From: Kondoa subrosea
Taxonomy: Eukaryota
DNA length: 64,000 nucleotides
Direction: 5' to 3'
NCBI GenBank assembly: GCA_039545335.1
Contig: BCIN01000004.1
Coordinates: 672,925 to 736,924 of the forward strand
The notes beneath the pieces were generated by a model. The model was not told the DNA's origin. It saw only the letters and a list, made by a program, of their open reading frames with translations, and did no database searches. Positions 36,059 through 47,325 of the stretch are shown here, in pieces. Position 1 is the first letter of the stretch. Each line of letters starts with the position of its first letter. The translations under genes were made by a program, and so were the position numbers.

Positions 36059-37411
36059 CTATTCCTCCGTGCTGTATCGCCAATTCAATGACAGCTCGAT
36101 TCCCCTCTTCGTGCATAGGTCCGAAAGCTTTAACAGCAATATATTCCAGTCGTCAGCCTCTTGACTCTTGCCTTCGTATGTCGAGCAATCGACGATCAAT
36201 TCTTTCAGACCTGGTACCCAGTTTTCATCTTCCAGACATTCTATGACTTCCGATGGCAACAAATCAACCTTATCACCCAAGAAGCTTAGTTCAGTGATTT
36301 CCTTAGTGATCGTTTTCAAGTCTTCTACCATATTAGAAGAGCGGAGATTGTGAATGAATAGTTTGCTAACAGCGTTGGTGAAAGAAAAGTCTGAAGTACC
36401 CTCATCTTGCATATATAGATGTAAAGGCAAAGGACGACCGTCGACCAGACAATCCAGACTGAAGCTAAGAAAAGACACTTCCAAATCTCGGTGCTGCCAT
36501 GTGCGATGCGTAAAGTATGGGTGTACGGCCATATCAATTGTTGAAGTCATTTGAATATGTAGAAGGCGATAATTGATTTCCGTATGCTCTTGAATAGTCT
36601 CGTCATTGTCAAGCAAAAGAATGCTGACATCTTTGAGTACTCGAGGCTGTAATCGAATTGTAGTAGCAAGATAATCGAAGAGCGAATCTATAGCTGATCG
36701 AGGTGATGCTTTGATTTGAATTGTGCAAGTAGTTAGGTTCTTTAATGTAGGTAACATCGCGAACGCGGCTCTTGAATCGCGGCCCCAGAGTTCTGTAAAG
36801 GGGTAAGTAGCTGATTGAAGTGCGTCAAGGAAGACAGACGAGTGCAGCCCAAAAGGTCCAGATGAATCTCCTGAACCATCGAGGCATAATCCGGCCGGCC
36901 TGGTAAAGGGTTCATGACCAATTGAGTAAATGCATGAATTCGAGCAGAAGTCTCTCCCGCTTCTTGATTCAATTCTTCGTTCCACTCGATGTATGCTAAT
37001 AAGAGAGTCATGTAAGCCACGACTGAACAAGATTAGAAGATATCTGACAAGCTGCTTCAGACGGCGGAGGATGATCAAATGTATAGAGCTGAACGGATTC
37101 GTAAAGTGTTTGTGTAAGCAGAAGGTTGGCTTTGTGATTGACCAGGCATAGGGATGCCTGTATAGCGTTATAAATGATGCCCATTGACAGTAGTGGATTG
37201 ACCGAGATTGACGCGCCATATCTGCTGTCCTCAAATCGCCTCCTTCATGCATTAGCAATTTGCCTACCCTTGCCATGAGTTCGACAGGTAGATCTCCCAA
37301 TGATGCGTAAGTATTGAGATTGTCCCTGCTGTTGTTACCGCTAGGGCTGTCTTGCTCATGCTGGCTTACATTGGGCTTGTGAGAGTCGACGATGGCAGAC
37401 CAACGAGACAT
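36059..37411 (-). CDS. Single-exon F-box-like protein
   Basis: SLGDLPVELMARV; C-terminal ENWVPGLKEL...LCTKRGIEL resembles the ends of the 19118 and 23077 proteins. Confidence 0.7.
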   Translation of the reverse strand: MSRWSAIVDSHKPNVSQHEQDSPSGNNSRDNLNTYASLGDLPVELMARVGKLLMHEGGDLRTADMARQSRSIHYCQWASFITLYRHPYAWSITKPTFCLHKHFTNPFSSIHLIILRRLKQLVRYLLILFSRGLHDSLISIHRVERRIESRSGRDFCSNSCIYSIGHEPFTRPAGLCLDGSGDSSGPFGLHSSVFLDALQSATYPFTELWGRDSRAAFAMLPTLKNLTTCTIQIKASPRSAIDSLFDYLATTIRLQPRVLKDVSILLLDNDETIQEHTEINYRLLHIQMTSTIDMAVHPYFTHRTWQHRDLEVSFLSFSLDCLVDGRPLPLHLYMQDEGTSDFSFTNAVSKLFIHNLRSSNMVEDLKTITKEITELSFLGDKVDLLPSEVIECLEDENWVPGLKELIVDCSTYEGKSQEADDWNILLLKLSDLCTKRGIELSLNWRYSTEE

Positions 37412-37728
37412 GGTAGGACAAGCAGTAGGATGGTAGGATGGTGCAGAAAAGAGTCAGAGCAGGAAAGGCGTGGCATGGCATTCGAAGGTGACACCGGCAA
37501 GGAAGAATGCGTATTGTATAAGCAAGCTAAGCATTTGCTAAACGTCATAGCAGCAAGTTTGAAGATGTGCTGTAAGAATGCAAATGACCTTGAATGATCT
37601 GGCATGTAGTTGATGAGGAAAAAGGGTCACTACGAGGTTCTGAGCAATTCATACAACTTTCAAAGGCGACCTAGCATGTAGTCGCGCGCCTATGTACAAT
37701 ATAGACAGCACTTACAGCTGTTCTTTGC

Positions 37729-39517
37729 TCACAGCTCGCCCTTGTAGTCCAGTATTAATGGCACGTGATCAGAAGCACTGTGTCAGAGGATTTCCTTCAG
37801 CTTTGCAATACAGAAGGCAAAGAATGACCTGCCCGTATACTATTTGCCGGATCTCGCACTTCTCAACATTCTCTACTATCCGTTCCGACAAGATGGCAGC
37901 ATCTAATCTCCAACCTAGCGATGGCGACGGAATGAGACATTCTGTACTCTCCTATAAGGACCTGACTTACCTATGCCTGTCGGGAAGGGACGGATTGCTT
38001 TGAGCACGCAGGGCACCACAACGAGAAGTGACAATACCTTTCTCTCGGCCTGTTGTACAATCATTAGCATTTACTTAACGAAAGTAAGTGTTTCGTCACC
38101 CACAACCAAACTTGTAGCTATCTAGAAATCGCAACACCGCTGGTCAGCCAAAGAAGGATTTGTCATCCGTCTTCAAGTCGCTCACAATATGTATAATGTC
38201 CAACTCTGCTCGTCACTGAATAAGTATGCCGGTGGGAATAGCAAATAATGAAGCTTACGTATCTGGATTTCTGTGTCTCCATACATCAATCAAGTTCCCG
38301 TGACCGCTTTCAGGAGTAGGATTCATTTGACTCAATAATCCATCTTGTTCATCTTTGGTGTGACCAGGTGATTTGTTCCAATTGTTCTTAGCATGTCTGA
38401 TATCTATTTCAAATTCATTCCGCTTCAGATCTAGCCTCGAAGAAGTAGAGTAATATTCACAAACCTTTATCTGATTGAGTGCAGTTGATATCACCTATCC
38501 AAATAACAGGTTTCTTTGAATCCCATATTCGGAGCTGTTCTTCAAATGCTATGTTCCACTTCTTCTTGATGTCCATATTCTTTCTATTATTCTGAATTCA
38601 GTATCACAATTTGGATCTTTGACGGTTGTGACTGACAGTTTGTCTCCGGCATTGGGCTTACAGTATTTTCAGCGAAGCCCTCAGGCTTGAAGTGAGAACC
38701 TGCTCACAACATAAGTGCCAACAACCTAGAGAACTTGATATGAACTTCGGGCACAAGTCAGATAAAGATTTTCGTACAAAGGTATTATCGAATTCTAATG
38801 TCACAATGCGTCCTTTCGATTGATCTGGTTCTGACCAAGTTGGAAGACCATAGATGATATTCCTGGTGTCTAATCAGGGTCCATATCATTCTTGTGTGCC
38901 AGAGACAGACTTTGGTTTCAATTTAGACAAGATTGCTACTCCTGCGTATCCTTTCTGTGGATCCGCGCCCCAGTAGCGATATTTGAATCGAGTCTGTCAA
39001 AGAAAGAAATAAATCCATCACCAACAAGAGACAAAGAAAGCCCTACTTTCAAATACATGATTTCTGGTTCTTCTTGCACCTTTGTTTCTGTAAGTACAAT
39101 CACATCCGCTGGAAAGTATTACAGTTAGCATTCAGTGACCAGTACAGATGGCAGAGCTGACGATCTTCCGCCTCGAGATAAAACTTGAGCCCTTTCTTGT
39201 CTGTCTCGCGATCCTCAGCTCTGTGCTCCGAAAGAGTATGATAGATGGCATACCGCATGCTTTCTGCGAAACGGACAACCTCAGCCTTCTATCATAAAAA
39301 GCATATGACGACTAACGATTCCACAGACATTCCATGTTCCTATCCGTACACAACCTTCGGGCTTCTTATCTAGCTCAAGACTAGGAGGAAACGTCTTGTT
39401 TGTAGGTAAAGTTGGGTCCAACGGTGTGAGTGGCTCTTTAGCCTTGCTAGCTTTCTTGGCTTTGGGTGCTTCGTCTGAACCTGAATCTGCTGCTGCTGCT
39501 TTCCGCTTTGGAGGCAT
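37729..39517 (-). CDS. AP endonuclease, ExoIII/APE1 (EEP) family
   Basis: MPPKRK NLS, RIGTWNVCGI, DVIVLTETK, GRIVTLEF, GDINC, DVWRHRNP, YTYYSYKFGCREKGIGWRLD, YGASDHVP. Confidence 0.92.
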
Positions 39518-40308
39518 GATAGAATATAACCGTGCTGATGAAAGTAAACTGGAGGGACTAGGGAGTCTAGCAGCTATAAAAGATCTCGTTCCAAGTCGAG
39601 CGGACAATTTGGGGAAGAGTCGCAGAAATGAAGCAATGGCGCGTTTGTGTAATGTCAGAGAGGTTCAGTAGAGACCTGAGATCTGCAAAGGAGTGCCTAG
39701 CGATTCCGTGGTATGATGCCAACCTCGCTCATTTCTTATTCTAGGCTTGATGGTCGACAGCCAAGCAACAGCCGGTAAAATCAATTGCTCAGAGCTCTCA
39801 TCACTCGACTCATAACCAGTCTTGCGCGCACTGCTGAAGTAATATTACTCCAAGAAAGCTCTCCCGTCTCACAAAATCTCATATTTCTGGCTCTGATTCC
39901 TTGTTTGTTGTTTCGTGCAGCCTGGTCTGGAGATGTAGCAGCTACTCCTGTGATCACGAAACATGGGACGCTAGACGGGTCCAAATCTTTCCTTTGAATC
40001 GGACTTGTTCTTGCTTCTCGCCTTATACAAGACTGCTATGGATCCTTATCCATGTGCTGCGTATGTATCAAGATTGCCACGCAACTTCGCAATGGACCGA
40101 TGTTGAGTGTCTACCCGAATTTGACGATCTTGATAATCCGCAAATCAAATGTCCACTGGTTGCGATTCGAATACATCGAAGCTGCAGAACAACAATGGTA
40201 CACGCTGCTCTTCTTCTGCTTCTGCACAATTCCTAGTCTCGGACTCTTCGAGCTCCACTAATATTGAGCAACTGTGTCCTGCTACATCTTTACTTCATTA
40301 TTAGAAGT

Positions 40309-41368
40309 ATGGCTTTAAAATATATACTCTGCCTGGCTGTCTTGTTGGCTGCGATTAATTCAGCAAAAGCTTTTCCCGCAAATCAGCACAACAGTCGTCC
40401 GGAACATCATCGTGTCAAGGCTCTTTCCGACGGTCGGACAAGTTCCCCTCTAAACATTTTGTCGAAGCCTATATCAGTTCTAGAAGATCAACTTATGGAC
40501 ACAAAGCATCAGAAAAGATCTCAACCTCAGCCTATCTACCTGTCCCCTGTTGGAACAAATTTACGAAGATCGCTTCCGGTCAAGGATTTGGAACGTAGGC
40601 AAATGGTAGATGGTCAAACAGCGGATGGAATAACTACAAGTACTGCTCCTATCAGTACCATGTACGTTCCCGATTAATCGCTTCAGCACAAGAATTGCTG
40701 ATTCGCTCTGCAGAACTCTAACGGCAACAGATGATGTCGTCACTGCGCCAACCCGTGGAGCACCAGATCAAATTACTCGCACCTATGTAGAAGTGTGGAT
40801 GGCCCAGACCGTTACTATTCCTCAGCTTGATCAAAATGGGTAAGTATTTCAACTCGTTCTACTTGATTCCTCGTCGATTATGTGTACCTTTAGCTATCCA
40901 ATTGGTCCAGTAGCAACTGAAGTAGTCTATGCTGAGAAGGCATCGGATCGAAGGCTTTTGCGACAAACCCATTCCTCTAGCTCTTCATCCAGCTCAAAAG
41001 AAGCAGAAAAGACTTCCACTTCATCTTCTCGCTCATCATCTTCAAGCGAAGAATCGACTATGCGTCCAACACCTACTTTTGAAGCTCTTCCTTCCATGTC
41101 TACTTCCTCACCTTCTTCTTCCTTTTCGGATGCAACGGAAAGCATTAGTTCAGACGACAAAAGCTCAACAAGCTCTATGATGGATACCCCCAGCTCAGCA
41201 GAACCAACATCGGCTACTTCATCGGCTCGAGACAGCACCACGACTGATTCGGTTTTGACCGATTCATCTTCATCCGATTCGGTTTCGACCGATTCATCTT
41301 CATCCAATTCGGAGTCTTCAACTTCGGCGGATGCAAGCCCAACTGATGCAAGTACTTCTAATCAATAG
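40309..41368 (+). CDS. Secreted Ser/Thr-rich protein with Kex2-type dibasic sites
   Basis: Signal peptide MALKYILCLAVLLAAINSAKA; KR/RR sites; two introns; S/T/D-rich tail. Confidence 0.75.
41246..41312 (+). repeat. 30-bp coding tandem repeat (2 full copies plus a partial)
   Basis: gattcggttttgaccgattcatcttcatcc / gattcggtttcgaccgattcatcttcatcc / aattcgg, encoding DSV(L/S)TDSSSS. Confidence 0.9.
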
Positions 41369-41555
41369 AACGAAGAAAGAGAGCAGGAGAGGAGAAATAG
41401 ATGTGAAGGGAAGAGAGAGTACGGCATGGATACCAAATATACTTAGATTGTACAGAGCATTTGTATGTCATATTATTTTAGATTTCTGTCCAATTACATT
41501 CATGTACTTCAAGGCATCAGATACTACTAGACGGTTGAATCGTCACCTTGTCTCC

Positions 41556-42978
41556 TTAGCTGAATTTCTGTCCCACAAGCTCTTCAGACAGCTTCCACAA
41601 ACGCGCAGCATTGTCCTGCATTCATTAAAATCTTTTTTGCACTGATCAATGTAAATCCTTACCTTATTCAAAGCATAAGGTTTCGCGCGGGAGGTAGCAA
41701 TCACACAGTCGCAGAGGTAGGATCCAGATTGAGCTAAGTTGGCAGAGATACATTTATCAGACCTCAGGAGCGCTTCTGCTGAAATATAATAGACGTACAA
41801 GCGATATTGGGATCAAAAGCGGCCGTTACAGTGCTTAAATCGAGCAGACAATCAGCTTGCGTCAAAGAAGCAGAACTGAGCATCGGCACTCACGTCGAAG
41901 CGCCCTGTTCTATTGACTTGAGCCCTTCCATCAAGCCTGCTCCGATACTGTATAGCAACAGTTAGCCAGTCAAAGTGCTAAGACTGCCTTTTTTACTCAC
42001 TGCCCGAACATATCGCCCATCCTAGTCGCGAAGGTCATATTTCGCATCAATCTTGTTGGAGTGATACTATCGACTATCGTTCGAAATGGACTCGCTGTCT
42101 AGAACAGAATACCTACAAGCCAGGATGTAAAGAAAAGGCAGTAGCACCGATGTCGGACCATTTCTCGCTCAAGGCAACGGTGCAAAGCATCATCGCAGTT
42201 TTCGATTGCCCGTAAGCTTGATTGGCATTATAAGATTGAGTCAAACCTGGATCTTCGTAGCGAATATCCGTGAAGAAGTGAGCGGATGAAGCTACATTGA
42301 TGATTCGAGGGGAGGCGGCCAAGCGAGGCTTGAGAAGATTGGTAAACAGGAAAGGACCGAGATGGTTTGCGGCGAAAACAGTTTCTATACCTGGCCATCC
42401 GGACTGCCCAGAGACCAATCAGGGGCAAGCACTGCATGTAATTAAGCAAAAGCGCGCCTCGATTCTAGTGGGGCAATGGATTCCCGCGTTATTGATAATA
42501 ACATCAATAGGCTCGTCGTAAGTGTTGACTTCAGCAGCTGCTTTTTTGACCGACTCAGGTGAAGCCAAATCGATGAGTAGCAATCTCAATTTCGCAGTCG
42601 GTGTTTCCGCGAGGATAGAAGCTTGAGTCTCCTCCATACTGTAAACAGATCTTGAATAATGGGAACAGGCCTGAGAGACAATTCCACATACGTAGCCGGA
42701 TCACGACCTGCCAGAATGACCAGAGCACCGTGTTTTGCGATCACTCGAGCGGTTTCAGCACCAATGCCAGAAGGTGAGACTAGATTCCATATGTCAGTAC
42801 GGCACGGTGCTGAACCTGCACAATTTTACCGCCAGTAACGATGACTTTGCACTTGGATGAGACATCGCATGCGGTATAAGCTGTCATTATACTGACCTGT
42901 CTTGCCGAGTATTTGAGCATGAAAGTAAGTGGCCGCTTCGTCAGCAGTTGTCCTTCTCGAGGGCTTGACGGAGGCCAT
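41556..42978 (-). CDS. SDR, retinol dehydrogenase/WWOX-like
   Basis: IVTG-VSPSGIGAETAR, INNAGI, FAANHLGPFLFTNLL, AYGQSK, FSLHPG, EQGAST, LWKLSEELVGQKFS*. Confidence 0.9.
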
Positions 42979-42983
42979 AACAA

Positions 42984-43019
42984 TGTGTGTGTGTGAGTGA
43001 GTGAGATAGAGAGAGAGAG
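42984..43019. repeat. Compound (TG)n/(AG)n microsatellite just upstream of the SDR start
   Basis: tgtgtgtgtgtgagtgagtgagatagagagagagag. Confidence 0.8.
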
Positions 43020-43253
43020 CAAAGACAGAGAGCAAAGGGATTAAGGTAAGTTAGACAGAAGCAGTACCGAGGCTAGAAATCAGGTGTTCGCTCGTAACGT
43101 GGTGTTTCACCCAAGTCTCCTTTGTTCGGCCTCACGTATAGGACTGCACAATCTGCAATTCCAGTCCTTGAGCCTTACAAGTCCTTATGAAACAAGGTGG
43201 TTCATCTTGGAGAAGAAATTATTGTCTCTTCCTGCATCAACGACTTGTCAACG

Positions 43254-45837
43254 ATGTACAACTCTTACGGAGCTCCTCAGGGTGGAGCGTACCGTGCTGG
43301 ATTGGGAACGTAAGCCGTTCAGTCTTGGCGCGGACGGCGCATGACTTATTATTCGAGCAGACCTGGAGCAGCTCAAAATATAGCGCCTGCCAACGGATTC
43401 GGGCAAGAAAGGTTCTCGCTCTTCGTTGGTAACATAGCAGAAGGTCTTGATGATCACTGGTTAGAACGAATCTTCAACGTGAGAGAGCCCGCTTTATGCA
43501 TCAATCTCACAGTTGCTGACTTTGCCAATTCATTACACAGTCCTGTGGTGTACTTCTGGAACTGAAAAGAATCAGAGATCCAGCAGGCAAACCGAAACCT
43601 TTCGGTTTTGCTGAATATGGAGATGCCGAATCCGTTTTACGGTGTCTTGAATTACTCAACGGCATTGTTTTGTCTGCTCCTGCTCTGGGAATAGAAAAGG
43701 AGTTGAAGGTCACTGCGGATGAGAAGACTCGAGGTCGATTGAATACTTATGAATCCTCAAAAGCCAAATCGGATGCAGATGCTCAAGCTGAAGCTATGGA
43801 ATATGCACAAAATACACTACGACAAACATTGGAAGATCTGAAAAATGCTGATCCTTCGCAATCAGCTGAAGCTTTAGCGGCAGCAGAAAAGGCAAGAAGA
43901 TTAGCTTTGATTCCTCAGCATCTGCAAGATTTAGGACCGAACGATTTGCCAGAAGAAAGCAGAGGAGTGATTACGAAAGAAATTGCTTTCTTCAGAGAAC
44001 AAGCAGCAAAACGTGAAGCTGCCAAAAAAGCTCAACAAGCTGAAAAAGATCGGTCCGCTGGTTTAGCGGCTGCTCATTTCGGTTCTAGCAAGACTGATCT
44101 GTCTCAACAACCTTCTTACAATAATAACTCCTCTCCCCAGCACCAACAGCAGCAACGTCCGCCTCAACAAGATTATCCTGATCGAAATCAGAATTTCAGA
44201 AGATCTGGTGGATCTGGTGCATTCGGACCAGAGGCCAACAACTTCTCTCGAAACAACAACTATAACAACAACCGAGGTGGTAGTGGAGCCTTCGGTAACA
44301 ACAATCGAGGAGGAAATCAGAGGCAATGGGGATCACCTTCTTCTTCGACAAACGGAAGAGCTCCTCATGCTGATGATCCACAGACATACAATCGCCCTGT
44401 TGGTTTCGTTCGTTCTGGTCAATATGATGATCGATCGCGCGGAGGAAATTATGATTCGAGAGGTGGAGATCCTTACAATCATGGTGGAAGAGGTGGTGAT
44501 ATGATGGAGGACGATATGAATGATGAAGAAAAGGAACGAATGAGACAAGATAGGATAAGAAGGGAAACAGATTTCATCTTCCGAGACGTGCGTTTTCATT
44601 CCTTCTCATTTCATCTTCGATATAAGGCTGATGATTGATGGTATTAGCGCGAGAGGAAATATGAATCCAAAGAAAGAGCAAGACAAGCCGCGACGGATAA
44701 AGATCGAGCAAGAGAGATTGGTGTGCAGAAGAATGAAGATGCTGATCGAGTCAAAATGGCTCAGAAACTTGCGGAATGGGACGATATCAAAGAAGCTGAG
44801 AAGGGTAGAGAACTTTTCCATGTCGATCGGTTTGTCCCTTCAACATGTTTTCGAGCAACATTACTAACTTAGGCCGACACTGATAGAACACGCTGGCGAG
44901 CACAAAGAAAAGCATTCAGGCAACGAGAAATCAACGAAGACAAGAAAGATGCCGAACTTGAAACGCAACAGCTTGAGAAATTGCAGAAACAATCGGAAAG
45001 CTTCCTCAATCAACAAGCCGATGCCTTCGCAAAGATGACTTCTGGCGTATCTTCGAAGGACAAGAAAAGGCTGGGTACACCAGCGGAAGAAGCAAGTGGA
45101 CCAATCAAATTGTCCCTTGCCGAACGAGCCAAGAAAGAACAAGAAGTTAAACCTGTTGAAGCTGTTTCTCGACCTCGTCCAGCTGCTTTCGGTGCTGCTG
45201 ATGAACAAGAAGAGACTGGCAAGAAGAAGAGGGAGTTGATTCGCTTGACTTATTCTGATGATGAAGATGCTGGAGATGATGATCCTGATGAAAGAGGTCT
45301 GACTCAAGATGAGAAAGTTGAGAGACGCAAGAGAAAGATCAAGGAGCTTGTCGATACTATTCCTACCACTCAAGAAGGTCTTTGGGCGTTTGAAGTGCGC
45401 TGGGATAGATTGACTCAGGTGAGAATCTCTGCCGCTTATAATAGGGCTCTGTCTGATAACGGTGCGAACAATCGCAGAAAATGCTGTCAGACAAGATTCT
45501 GCCCTTCACGACCAAAAAGGTCATCGAAGCTCTTGGCACAGAGGTGCGTCCTCACTTTGCTTCAACTATGCTTTGCATCGACTGTTTTGTGTCATGATAC
45601 AGGACGAAGATCTTGTGGCTGCAGTCATGGATAAACTGAAGGCGCATGCAAGTGCTCAAGATATGGTAGAAGAACTTGAACCTATTCTCGAAGATGAAGC
45701 AGTCGAATTTGTCATCAAGGCTAGTTCCTATCTATTGTTGAATCAGAGTGCGCTGACAAGGATTTTTGCAGATCTGGCGCTTCCTTTTGTTCGAAATCCT
45801 CGCCAACATGCATCGTATTCGTACCACAACAGTATAG
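43254..45837 (+). CDS. SNU71: RBM25/Snu71-like U1 snRNP splicing factor (RRM + PWI)
   Basis: SLFVGNIAEG, GKPKPFGFAEY, R/E/D-rich middle, IPTTQEGLWAFEVRWD, ELEPILEDEAVEFVIKIWRFLLFE; start MYNSYGAP at 43254 joined via a gtaagc intron. Confidence 0.9.
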
Positions 45838-46172
45838 AAGAGTTAGAATTGGATGGCACGACGCATGAATGCGATGAGTTTCTCTTCTCACCAACCTGTT
45901 CCGCAAACGGTGTTTACAAAGATCGTGCCAGAGGGGATATTGTGCAGACCTGTAATCTCTTATTGTGATTCGCGAGAGAAGAGGGAAAATGACAAGCTTC
46001 TAGGTGTGTGAGCACTTCTGCTTGCTTTCTTGACGTGTCAAGTCACTTGATTACAGTCCACGTTTATGCGAAGGATACTGCTTACTTGCTTGCTTGTGAG
46101 CTAGTTCTGTCGCTACTTTGCCATGTCCTGCTAGTTTGCAAATCCCGCTTCTTGTTTTCCCTTGACTGCCAA

Positions 46173-47054
46173 ATGTCTAAGACCACACCTTCAAAGTCGA
46201 GCAAAGGCAAAGCTTCTGCATCACCTAAGCCTTCTCCAGCCAAAGCCAGTGCTATTCGAGAGCAGCAGGCTTCAAATAACGAAAGTTCAATCCACAAAAG
46301 ACTGAAAGTGCTGCTCCACGATCATCGAACATGCCGACGCTCTTGGAACTCGAATATTATATCAGGCGTCCAAATTGCTTCGAAAATTGTGTCCTTGCGG
46401 AGCGAAATCTTCTCGTTCGTCAAGATCATCTCGCCCCTAAGTGCTACTATAATCTGAATGCGCCCGGTCTAGAACTCTACAAAGCAAGCCTGTATCGTTC
46501 AGAGTCAATCAGACAGCAGACTCCAAGAAAGATGTACACGTAGAACAGCTCTACAAAGCTAGACAAGCAGGACTGCTAGAGGAACGATGTATGACACTAG
46601 CGAATGCCGTTCTATCTCTCGTGCGCCCGCCTCATTGTCCGTGGAGACTTCGTCTTACCTTGCAATGCTTGCAGAAGGAACAATACGACAGAATGAAATC
46701 TATCGAGCAGAAAGCCTACAGCCTTCTGATAGAAGCTTCACGTCTGTATGGCCTTGGTTTCGCTTTTGTTGAGCCGCTCTACTTCACATGGACGCTGGAG
46801 AAATTCAGTAGGGCCCCTCTGTTCAGCTGTCAGATTCGCGCTCATTCAGCGTCACAGCCGAAACACTATCGTCCATCACCGCAAACTATGCTTCATCTTT
46901 TCATCTTGTACAAGAGCTCTTCACAACACTTACAGATCATACTTCAAGTCAACAAGAAGCACAAGCTGCATTGTCATATTGGGCCTGTCAACCTCATCTG
47001 GACACGCTGATAGTCCGCGAATTTGAAGAGGTTATAGACTTTGAGCTCCTATAG
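46173..47054 (+). CDS. CINP-like protein (putative)
   Basis: Four exons: ...KRLKVLLHDHRTCRRSWNSNIISGVQIASKIVSLR...LEERCMTL...EPLYFTWTLEKF...ALSYWACQPHL...; the pattern matches recalled CINP blocks. Confidence 0.65.
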
Positions 47055-47325
47055 TATTACAAGAAGGAGGCAAGCGATGTGTGATTAAAAGTGTCTATTA
47101 TTGTAAAGGTGTAAATGTATTATCACTTCCAAGAAATAGCTTGCTTTGATATGTCATCGCATATGGTGTCGTCTTATTAGCTGGAGAGACATATACGGAT
47201 CTCCGTATTTAATACTGGTAATAAGCGAGCTTAACTGTATGGCTTACGTAATAGATGGAATCACATGCCCTTGTTAGATAGACGCATGTTATTCCGAGCA
47301 ACCACCTCGCAAAGCACACTCACAG

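Noticed and set aside
40927..41307. Antisense acidic ORF
   Set aside because: Mirror of the Ser-rich coding strand; no independent evidence
1914..41560. Cryptic peroxisomal targeting by TGA-CTA readthrough in metabolic enzymes
   Set aside because: The stops I checked (SDRs, kynureninase, phosphatase, P450, OAC1) lack the TGA CTA context and gave no obvious SKL-like extension
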